A stretch of 64,000 nucleotides of DNA from Trichinella spiralis (Eukaryota): contig NW_003526941.1 in the NCBI RefSeq assembly GCF_000181795.1, positions 10,655,782 through 10,719,781 of the forward strand, written 5' to 3'. A program made the position numbers and the translations under genes. Numbering within the stretch: the first letter of the stretch is position 1; every line of letters starts with the position of its first letter. Under the pieces are notes generated by a model that had not been told where the DNA came from, did not search any database, and saw only the letters and a list, made by a program, of their open reading frames with translations. This document shows, piece by piece, positions 21,938 through 33,735 of this stretch.

Positions 21938-24900
21938 GTAATAAATATGTGCACTTTTTAGAATGAAAATGAAAATTAACCGAATGAAAATTATTTTTCA
22001 GGTATAAATCATCAGTACTGCATTGTTTTCTTGGAGAAACACACTGAATAAAACATTCAAATAAATTGTGTCTTACTTGAATTTTAATTTGCTCATAGTG
22101 AATGTTAAGAATTATATAGTTTGGGAACAAAATCTAAAGTGTTGGTTGACTGGGAATGTTGTGTTGTTCAAAGTATCATCTCAGATGGTGACTTTAATGA
22201 TCTTAGATTAATTGTAAGTTGGCATGGTTGTCATTTTAACAGATATAACGAGATTTTGGAAAAAGTTCCACTTAAAGTAAGGTTATTATGTGAAAATATA
22301 CGTTGAAAATTTTTTATCTTGCAAATTTTTTCTTAAATTACGAGCACTGAATTCTTAGGTGTTTATTACTGTACAAAAAAGTATGAAATTTCAATTTCTG
22401 TTATAAAATTATATCTGATTTAGGTGACATTTAACCCGTTTAATCATCATATTAGATTACTGTATATTTTTTGTAAATCAAGCATAATTTTTTATAATAC
22501 AGTATCGTTGTTGGAATCTTTTATTCCAGAACGATGAATTTGCTATAAATTTCAGAATGAATTCACTATTTTGACAAATAAAAAATGCATGTTCAATTAC
22601 TACATGTTATTTGTTTGTTTCTATTGAATAACAAAATTATTTGTTAACCAAATTATTAATTGCATTGAGAAAGGATAATATAGGTTGGAGAGGATGATTT
22701 TAAGCCAATCAAAAATGAGAACGAAGAAAATTATCATCGTAGTCAGAAAACGCGGGAAAAACTTGTCCACTAACCGACCGGTTACTGTTAATAATTCATT
22801 TCGAAATGAAACGAAAGTGAAAATAATTTCTGTTCAATGCATATCATCAATTAGTTAAATAAAACAATGCTGTATTGTTTTAAATAATAATATGAAATAA
22901 CCAAGTGATAATGAATGAATATTTTCCATTAAAAATAACTTGGGAAAATGATTATTTGCATGTACTGCTGCTCGATCAGATAAAAAGAAGGGAAATTAAC
23001 TGGCCAATCAGAGATTAGTAGATTATTTACGAAGAATTTATTGCACTGTTCGTCATTTTCAATTGCTCTGCTTGAATGAAAATAAACAAAAATGAAGATT
23101 TTAATTGGAACGCATTTCGAATTTCGAATGGCAAGCATGAAATGTTTAAACAAGTGAGTGAATGTTGCACGTGAAGATAATTATTCGATGTATGCGCAAG
23201 CTTTACAGTTTTCTGAATATTTTACAATAGTACATTCACATTTGAAAAGCGTTGAAATTTATTATCATAATTTACACGATAATGAAATAATTTCAATCTC
23301 ATGAAAATTTATAAATAAACGTAATCTCCATTTTCAAACGATCGAAACTTTCAGAAAATGTTGAACATTTCAGTGATATTCATTTTTATTATAATAATTG
23401 TTCTTTAATTGAAATAATTTTAGTTATAATGAACAAGTATTATAATTAGGAATGAAGTTAATTTCTAGTTTTAAATGAGCTCATGAAATAAAAAATGACA
23501 GTTACAGTTTGATATTGTTCATTGGCGTAAGAGTCGATTTTCAGCGCCGTTTTTGCAGACCAGCTCAAATTACCCGACGCGGTATTTACTGTCTGACTGA
23601 TATGCAAATCAACGCCGTCTGAAATTCACGTCCAAAATAACAGAGCAACTGTCTGATCTGACTGAACTGATTTCGTTCAGTTGCATTCCACTCATTCTAT
23701 TAATGCATGAAATTACAATGCCTGCGACATTTTGGCGCAATTTTTTTAAAAATTAACTGGGTCATCATAATTTTATGCACGATTACGAAAGTGAATTTGT
23801 GTAATTTTCCCATTTGATGAACTGAAACCTCTTTTTTTCTTTCTCTACAATTTGCGTAGGCGTTCAGAGTGAATTTTTGCTGAACACTTTTTGAAGTTGA
23901 AATATTAAATTTTGCCTGTTTGTTGGGAATGGGAAGCTTGGGACTTTTGTGTCGCCTGAAAATCAATCAACTCTTCAGTAACTCTTGTTCATCACTAACA
24001 ACGCGTGCAATTGCACTTTTGATCATTCGGTTATTGAATAAAAAATATGCAAATTTATTTATTGATTTTAAAAAACTTCCATTCGGATGTTTATGTATTA
24101 TAACTATTTTTAAATAATTATCATCAAAAATTTGTCATAACTTTTCCCATTTCACATAATGAATGTTTTATTGGATGTTTTCATCATAAAATAACTTTGG
24201 TGTTCTACTTGTCGAAAATTCATGTGAATTAAAATTCTATAAATTCTGTTCAATTCAGAGTTTCTCTTTCAATATCTACCGTCCAAAAATAAATATTCGC
24301 TACTGAATTCCACTTGTTAGACATTTGCTTATTTTTTTTTGTTGCATTTTCTCAGACAATCGATTCAGCATATAAAATTTTCAAACCTACGTGAGCGTGG
24401 ACGTGTGGCTAATTTGCATTTGCTGTTGTTGTGATCAATTGGCATTCAGCTGTTGTCAGAGGGTCATTTTTGGATTGAATCTTCTGGCTCTTTTTTATTC
24501 AACTATTTTCTGACAAACTTCAATTTTACCGAAAGAAAAAAATATATATAACTTTTACTATTCATTATTTATTTACTTGTTTACGATGTGCAAAGAAATA
24601 TATAATTTGACTTCGTGTCTTTTCAATCTTCAACTGATTATTAATTATGCCAGTGAAAAGCGATCCAAAATAGACTCTCTGATCTTCAAATGACCAGTAG
24701 AAATGAACAGATGAAAATTTGCATGCGAGTTCAATAATTTTCTTCGCTTCTTTGTAAACTTTATTTTGGCATAATTTTAGACTGATAAAGTTGGGCGATT
24801 GAATTATGCGATGCCGGCTTTTTCGGTTCAAAAGCCATACGGCCAGGCAGGACGTGGAAAATCCAAATTTACTTTTTTCATATTTCACGAATATCAAACG

Positions 24901-25722
24901 CACATACGAAAGACGAAAAGCTGCTCGCATGGTAAGATCAATTTTTCATTTTCATTTATTCCTTTATTACTTATTCATGTTTTTCTGTTCATGTCCTTGA
25001 TTTATTTGCATTTAACAATTATTACGTAGGTGTACTGTAGGTGAGATAGTAAAAAGATGTTTTAGTACTTAAGAATACTCTTGCCCTGAAATTGATATTT
25101 CTTTTTTGCTCTGTGCGTTCGGGGTTCATTTTTCTTGAAGAACTTTAAACATTTAAATTAAAACTTTCTAACTGATTGGTAGACCAGGTCGAATAAACTC
25201 TACATGCACATTGTCTATCTGTTTTTCATGCATATCACAGGTTTTTATGAAAATCGCTTTATCAGATAACTGAAGGCCAATTTATCAGGCATATTGGGTG
25301 AAAGGGTGAAGAACGACAAACCTATTCGACTGAGATTTCAATTAATTCAGGCTCCCTTGCAGCACGGTTAACATATGCAACTATTTTCGCTAGTCGAAAT
25401 ATATTTCGATTTTATTTTGCTTTGGCTTGCATTTAACATTCTTTTTTTCAAACAGTTGCTCTTCATTTCAGATGGCAATTATTTTTATTTTGATTTATTC
25501 AAATTTAATCTTTGATTTGTTTGTATTTCAAATTTCGCACGTTATGCAATTTGCAATAGGTAAGATGTTTTGATATTGAAGAATAGTTGCTTTTTGCATT
25601 TTAACATTGTACGTTCCGTGCCTTATTGAAATGTGATTAGTCTACTTTTTTCGGAAAAAGTATGGCAGAATTGGAAGAGCTTTTGTGACTTGTAACAGTT
25701 TGATTTGCATTGCTGATGTGGA

Positions 25723-26771
25723 AGTTGTAGAATAGTTGAATAATAAATTATCTAGTCGAGGTAGGAGCAGTGTGAAAAAGGGTTTTCTGTAGTGCGGCTT
25801 TGATCATTATTCTTCACAAATAGTACAAGTTTTAAACTTTTCAAATAATACTATATTCTGCTTGTGCATTGTTGTTGCTGCTTTGATAATATCAGCAGAG
25901 AATAGTTTTCACGTTTTTGTCGTGTTTTTGATGTGAACGTGAAGGCGTGTTTCAAAACTACTTTCCATATTCATTGTTGCAATCAAGTAGCTTGCATGCC
26001 TTTACCGGACTGCGGTTGCAGCTGCTGTTCTGCATTTGTTTTCAATTTGGATAGCTGCTCCGACTATTTTTGCCTCCCCACGCCTGTTTGCCTAGATGCA
26101 TCATCCTCTACTAGAGCTTGCTCGTGTTGAAGCCTGCGTTGTGCTTCTCACTGTCCCTGTTCTGAGATATGACTCTGCTCGACATCATGCTTGACCATTT
26201 GTTCTGCGATGGATATTGATGTTAAATGTGTGGCATTGCTATTTGCTAAAATAGTATAACATCTGTATCTGTTGCTGATGCAGATACAACAATTTATGAT
26301 TAGCGTTGTGATACCTTAACTTGGGTTGTAATCCAGATGCATTTGTTGCCTAAACGGTTAATTTATTATTGTCGTTATCATGTGATTGAAATTATTACTA
26401 GGTTTTAGTTCTTTTTGCCAATGAGATTGGCACATAAGGCAGACAACATGAGTTGCTATTACACAATCATGTGGCGTTAAAACTGTAACAACTAAAATGA
26501 ATCTTTCTATTAAATCACGGTTTTTATTCACACTGTCTTAGGCTTTACATTCAAGCAATGGTGCTTCATTTATTAAGCGCATAAACAATTTTCATTCTAA
26601 TGAAGTAAAAATTTCTTGACCACTTTCTAGTTGTAGAATAGTTGAACAATAAATTATCTAGTCGAGGTAGGAGCATTGTGAAAAAGGGTTTTCTGTAGTG
26701 CGACTTTGATCATTATTCTTCACAGATAATGCAAGTTTAAAACTTATCAAATAATACTATATTCTGTTTGT
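25723..26771. repeat. Pair of 143-bp direct repeats (25723-25865 and 26629-26771) flanking a decayed coding-like segment
   Basis: Ungapped alignment with 9 mismatches by my count (~94% identity). Confidence 0.9.
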
Positions 26772-27492
26772 TGAGAAGCATCTCTGCAGTACAGTGGTAG
26801 ACACAATGCAGTTATCAAAATATATACACGTACATACTTATAAAGAAGCAAAAATATTTAATATATGATATTATTGTTAAAAAAATGCTGACTTCATTAA
26901 TCAAAAACTGATGCATTTGGAGTTTGGAGTTCACAATATTAAATTTCTTTGTACTCGTTTTTAATGGCTGATAAATTGTGTTTATGGCAGAAAACTGTAA
27001 AAGTGGTTGTTTTCAGTTGTTTAACGGTTAAGTGTACAAGTTAAAATATATGGTGCAGCAAAACAGCCGTAGCTAGAAACACATGTTCTGAGAATCTCGT
27101 AATCTATTTATTTGAAGCTTTCATGTTAGCTCCCTATCATATATTCTATCATATATAAGCTAATTATAAACTACGGATACATATAACATTTACTACTTAA
27201 TTAATTATATTATCAGTCTTTTATGAATCAAACAATGATGTCGGATCGCATGCTTATAAAGTGTGCAAAGTTTTTAAAAAGTATTTTTTAATTTATTAAA
27301 TTTCATATATAATATGGATAAATTTTTAGTAACAATTCCTAAATGAAAAGGCAATACTTTTAAAATCACCACCATAACTCTCGTTATCATATCTTTTTAC
27401 ATAAGTAAATAATCCTATATAAATATATAATGTGTATATTTGAAAAACTAAAATTTTCATAAAAATAATAGTGAAAATAAATAAAATCATAA

Positions 27493-28564
27493 CTATTTTT
27501 CATTAGATGGTAAAGTCAACAATAATGCTATATCCATAACATTAGTTCCGGTGGGCCCAGTTTTTACCAGGCAGTCGCCATTTTGTACACTTTGAAAATA
27601 ATTGTAAGAATCATTTTCCAATAGTGCTTTATCTACTTCTGATTTATCGAATAAATTAAGTTGGTTTAAACTGACCATTGCTCCGGCAGCATCAGTTGGA
27701 CCATCTTGACCATCTGTTCCCAAACTAGCAATTACGCATTGTTTGGACATTAAACTTTCCATATACGTGGAAGCCATTTGAGTTTGCACTGCCTTAATAA
27801 AGTACAGAATCGTTTCCATATTGCGACCACCTTTACCTTTACCACGAACACAGGGCGTAGTCTCACCTCCCCATAAGAGGCAGACTGGCTTCTTAGCAGT
27901 CAAATCCTAAATGAATTAAAACAAATCAGCATTTGCTTAATTGAACAAAGTAAATAAAACAATGTATATGTATAATGTTACTTTTATATTCTGAAAAGTT
28001 CCACTTGTGATACCATATGTTTCAAAGAGATCACAGCAATAGTTGTCACGATAAGAATCAAATATACGCAAAACCAATTCGGCTAAAAAACTTCCAAACA
28101 TCGACGTTTGTTTTCTCAGTTCGCTAGTCAAAATTATCGGCGTAAATCCGAATTGTTTTGCTTTTTCAGAAAGCCCATTCAACGCTTTTGCATTATCTCC
28201 AATGATTATGTTGGAAACATTTCGATAACGTGGAACATCGCTTTCATGAACATCAATGTTAGATTCTGAAACAGTTTTTTAAATAGCTCTTCTGTTGGAA
28301 TTATTTTTTAATTAATGTGCGTTTTTAAAAAATTTACTGAGAAATTTCGCAATACTATCATCGGGCATTTTATTATTCCGACGGACACGTTGAATTATAT
28401 TCCACACTTGCTCGTAATTACGTGAAACAGGTACAGTTGGACCACTGGCTATAACTTCCAAGTCTGAATTGACGACATCAGAAATAATCAAAGAAATCAC
28501 CTATAAACAACAACAACAACAGCAATAGTAGTAGTAACAATGAAAATATTATAACTATGTTAAT

Positions 28565-28597
<33 letters not shown>

Positions 28598-29345
28598 CGA
28601 AGCAGGATAAGCCATTTTCAGCAAACCGCCACCTTTTACAAGGGACAAACATCGTCTCAGTGTGTTCATTAAGTTAATCGTTATCTCCATCTTGCTTAAT
28701 TGTTTGATCAGTTTTACTTTATCATCGAAGTTGACCGTTGGCATCGGGCATGTAAACAGTGCAGATCCACCACCTGAAGTACTTTAAATAATTATGAACT
28801 GAAAATTTTAAATCATCAACAACACATCAATTGCCTGATATCAAAACCAGCAAAATCGCATCCTCTTTAAGCGGCAGGACCATATTCAAAATTCGCTTCG
28901 AAGTTCGAAGTGCTGATTCGTCGGGTATATTATCTTTCGCACCTTCGTAAACTTCCAGCCGCGGGTGCACTTTCACCGGTCCACTTTTCAATCGTTGTTC
29001 CATGGTTCCAACTGGAACGCTGGCAATTCCCCGGACCAGATGCTTGTCTACAATTTCAGCGGCTTTCTGACACATACCAAAAGCAGCTTTTCCAAAGCCA
29101 ACAATATACACGTTGTTGTTCAGCACGTAATGTTCATGACGAGATGGTATGAAAATTCGATCCGGATTTTTTTTATATATCAGATTCTTCAAAAAAAAGT
29201 CAACAACCATAATTTCCAATTGATAATAATTATGTATTTTTGAATACCTCTGCAACGAGAATTTCAGGGTTAACACACTCACAAGCGGCTTTGAACAGTT
29301 CCAACGCGATTTCTTTCCTAAATCACAGACACTGAAATGTTTCAA
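27493..29345 (-). CDS. GLYCTK: Glycerate kinase (MOFRL family); first exon not resolved
   Basis: VGFGKAA.GM, LLVLISG|GGSAL, SLVKGGGL, SLIISDV, IASGPT, GGETT..V.G.G.GGRN, GTDGQDGPTDAAGA, TGPTGTNVMDI. Confidence 0.92.
28506..28597. repeat. Compound (AAC)n/(TAG)n/(AAT)n microsatellite in a GLYCTK intron
   Basis: Directly visible tandem runs. Confidence 0.85.
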
Positions 29346-30226
29346 TCTGTTTTAAACAATTGCACAACTAAATATTAAAAATTTTTTTTTCCATTTTTCT
29401 AAGCTAAAATAATTATTTTTATCAAAATTATTTATGATCATGTGAAGATTTTCAATATTGCTACATTAAATTCTACTTTTCGTTGAACTTGAAATTAACA
29501 TTAGTTACTGTAGTAATGAAAATTTGTAAAAATATTTAAGCTATTTTTCCAACTATAAAAGTGATACTTACATTTTTGAAAAACTGCAGGTGTGACGTGC
29601 AATGCAGATAATTTTTCAAATTTCTAAAAATGTCAAAAAATATTTCAAAGAAGAAAAATGTTTATCATGGCCCAACAAAGTTCTGTTCAAAAATTTAATA
29701 GGAAGATTATTTTTTTTGTCAAATCACTTCAAAGGAAGGTGTAAGAATGAAAGAATATTTGTAGTGAAATAAACGGAAGAAGAATGAGATTGAAATCACC
29801 GCTTAATTCATTAGAAAATTATCCAAACAATACTGGCTGGCTGTCCTATTATAAATATTACCAACAGCTTTTTCTTGCCACTAGTTGATCGGTTTATAAT
29901 TTTCATTTTAAGGTCCGGTATATGAGATGAATTATAATAATTATTATTATTTAAAAAATTAACTTTTTTCAAACTGATACAATTGTTAGTTAAATAGCAA
30001 ATAAAGCGGCAGATGTTTGTGTAAAATTTAGAGGAAAATTTTACATAAAAAAGAGATCTTGACTACAAAAGCAAAAAAAAGGTAAATTGCTTACTGTAAA
30101 CGAAGAACAGCGACAATCAATCCAGCAGCGCAGTCGACAGTCCTGGTCAACAAAGTGAGAACAGCTATTTTAATGTCGATAGTTTAATCTCCACTAGTCT
30201 CCAATGCTGTAAAGCGTTTTAATCGG

Positions 30227-30575
30227 TGACGTCAGATCATCGCTGATTGGCTGAATTTTAGCTGCAGCGCTGTAAACAAATGCAATGCATGGGCATGCGA
30301 CATTATTTTTCTTTGTTTTTAGTAAAGAAACTTTAAACTTTTTTAGTATCCAACTTTAAAAAATGTGTAAATTATAGTGCAGTTCGATTGTAAACAAAAG
30401 CTAATGGCTTTTGTTGAAATTTTTTGCCATGAACAAACGGATCAAGATGTTGCGCACGGCGCGGGGACGTAAACTAAGGGTTATCGTAGCTCAAGAAACC
30501 CAGTAGCAACCAGTGGGAAAAGTCAAATCAAGCGACTGGGACTAATAAAACAGCACTGAAATGTTGCGTAGCAAC
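30227..30575. promoter_or_regulatory. Cluster of candidate TF sites between divergent GLYCTK and CDK9
   Basis: Perfect CRE TGACGTCA (30227-30234); NF-Y-type CTGATTGGCT (30243-30252); two forkhead/DAF-16-type TGTAAACAAA (30271, 30389); RFX X-box-like GTTGCGTAGCAAC (30563-30575). Confidence 0.45.
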
Positions 30576-32345
30576 CAGTCCTTCTTGTGTATTAATGCTA
30601 ATAAGAAAGATTTTTACACTTTTTCCTTTTTTTTGCAATTTATATATTTTGCTTTAATTTAAAATTTGACAAAAAGACAACAAATTGTATGATGTTAGAA
30701 TATATACTGGTTGGAATTTACTGATTACATTCTGTTTTTCGTTATACATATTTATTTATTTAAATGCATTTTTTGATATTCCAAACCTGTAATCAACTGT
30801 AGAAAACAAGCAGCTATATATGCAACTTTCATTCATTTATTAACATAATTTAAGCAACACGACTTACCTTTAAAATTTAAGGAAATTAGCACCAGAAATA
30901 CGTTATTGAAATGAAGAGAATCAGAATCTTTAATCGAAAGATTTCAAATGGAAATTAAATTACGTAAGCATAAAATTTTTTATTGCACTGAATGAATTAT
31001 TGTGATAATTTAGAAATTTAGATGAATTGTATGAAAATAATTGCTACCAACCAATAACAAGCGTGGCGTTGAACATAGTATGATTTTTTCTCATGGATAT
31101 TTGTGAATATTTTCTTGGCCATTTTAAAATTTTGTATTTCAATCGCATAAATGATGCAAAGTGACTATTATTGTGCTTCTTCATATTCAACTGAAAGGAG
31201 CAAAATAGAAGTTTATATGTATGTTTTTATTTTCGTTTCTTTGCTTTTGTGTTTTTTATTTTCTAACAATTGTAGGCAACTGAACAATGGCGTTTATAAT
31301 GGAAAGCGTGCAAAGAAAATTATTTTATTTTTAATGTATTTTGCTTCACTTGTTGAATGAAATTCAAGTATTCCAATAAAACAGAAAATGGACCTCAACG
31401 GTGCGAAGGCATCAAGTATGGTAAGTTGCATTTTTCAAAAATAATTTTGTAATTAATGAAAAATATAACTGAGAACAAAATTATTAGTTTATATTATATA
31501 TGCAATTTAAATTCATTTAAAGTATAAGTAAGAATATATATTCAGTCCACAATTTACTAACGTAACAAAATAATTAAATGTTTATAATTTTTAAATAACA
31601 TCTCCAATTTAACCACCGCTTTGTAAGTATTTGCATTATGATGTTCAATAATAATTCTAGTCAAATTTTCAAATAAGTGAGATGCATGTGAAATGTTTTA
31701 ATATTTCACGTTATACGCCGTACGCAGCTTAACTTTACTTTTAATTTCCACATAATAATCCAAAATTTTAGGTAAGCTTACAGTTAATGAACATGTTTGG
31801 AAACGTTTATACACCTGAGTAATTATGGGATTAATAAATTTTTCCTCTTGAATGTCTTGTAGTAATATCTTAACCATTCAGTAATATGATATCAAGTATC
31901 ATTAATCTTTGTTATTATTATTTCCTTTGTCAGCATATACTTTCTTATCACATAAATAGATAGCAGTGGGAAAAAGTAAGTTTCATTGATATTCAGTTTT
32001 GTTCTTCCAGAACAGTGCGACATCTGCTACTTTTTAAAGATGACCTTTAACTATTGAAAATCTTTTTAACTGTAAAGTTTGCTTCCACAATGTTTATTCA
32101 CTTTTCTTCTACAAATTATAGGTTATAATTAGAGATTTCTATCAGTAGGGAACAATCTAAAGCTATGTTGTAAAAGCCACGTGTTATGTAATAATTTGTA
32201 CCAAATGGTGTCACATCTATTGATTAGCAAGGTTAATTGTTCACTACAATATTGTCTAATTTATTTTTAATACTGTTGTCTGACCTTTGTTTGTATGACA
32301 GTTTCCCCAGTACTATTAATCCAATCTCTTCATTTTGGCAGTTTC

Positions 32346-33735
32346 ATGGCGGAGAGAACCATGGCATCAGAAGGTTTGAGCGAATACCAAGAAAACTTCA
32401 CATTTCCATACATGCAGGATATTAGCAAATATGAAAAGATTATGAAAATTGGACAAGGAACTTATGGGCAAGCTTTCCAGAAGATAAATATCTTTGTATT
32501 TTACAATCATATTTTTATTACAGGGAAGTTTTCAAAGCAAGAGATCGGAAAACAGGTAAAATTGTGGCATTAAAAAAAATACTGATGCAAAACGAAGAAG
32601 AAGGTGTAAGTATTTAAATAAAACAGCTTCTTATGTTTTAAGATGTCTTCTGTACTGTATATTTTTAGTTTCCAATAACTGCAATACGAGAAATTCGAAT
32701 ATTGCAGAATGTTCGACATCGAAACGTGACTGAACTTTTGGAAGTTTGCCGTTCTAAAGGTGATTTTTCTGATTTATTAATCGCTCAATTTAACTTTTGA
32801 TTTGACTTTCAGCTAGTTCCTATAATAGCGGCAGATCTACATTTTACTTGGTGTTCACGTTCTGCGAACATGACTTAGCCGGATTGTTGAGCAACGTGCA
32901 TGTGAAATTTTCATTAGGAGAAATAAAAGAAGTAATGAAACAACTCTTGGATGGATTATTTTTTATTCACATGCAAAAAATTCTTCATCGTGATATGAAG
33001 GCGGCAAACGTTTTGATAACGAAATCAGGAGTATTGAAACTTGCTGATTTTGGACTTGCTCGTCCATTAAACAAACAGAATCCTCGTTACACGAGTCGCG
33101 TGGTCACATTGTGGTATCGACCACCGGAATTATTGCTTGGTGATCGCAAATACACCACAGCAATTGATATTTGGGGAGCCGGTTGTATTATGGCTGAGAT
33201 GTGGACACGCAGTCCGATTATGCAGGCAAGTGTTTGTTTTTGCATTTTAATCATTTCTATGTAATTTTGAGAATGAACGAAAATATCTGATTATTTTTCA
33301 TTTAATATACAGGGTAACACGGAGCAGCATCAAATAATGCTCATTTCTCAACTGTGCGGTAGCATAACTCCGACAGTATGGCCAGGGGTAGAGCATTTAC
33401 CATTATTTCGCATGCTGAAGTTACCCGTCGACCAGAAACGCCGAGTGAAAGAAAGCTTGAAGCCCTACATTCGAGATGCTCAAGCTTTGGATTTGATCGA
33501 CGCTCTTCTAACATTAGACCCAACAAAACGTATTGATGCCGACGGAGCGTTGAATCACCAGTTTTTTTGGCAAGACCCAATGCCGGTTCCATTGCATCGG
33601 ATGCTCAGCCAACACACTACATCCATGTTCGCGTATTCGGCACTTGTGAGGCGTAGAGAAAGAGATCAAAATAATGCGCCAGTACAGCCTACTAAGCGCA
33701 TGCGTATGGAATCATATCAAGATCGGGTCTTTTAA
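32346..33735 (+). CDS. CDK9: Cyclin-dependent kinase 9 (P-TEFb kinase), 5 coding exons
   Basis: KYEKIMKIGQGTYGEVFKAR, EGFPITAIREI, FCEHDLAGLL, HRDMKAANVLIT, DFGLAR, RVVTLWYRPPELLLG, MWTRSPIMQGNTEQHQ, DRVF*. Exons 32346-32467, 32524-32604, 32669-32759, 32813-33225, 33313-33735. Confidence 0.93.

Noticed and set aside
22272..22443. Possible TTAA-bounded MITE
   Set aside because: The terminal inverted similarity is too degenerate to support.
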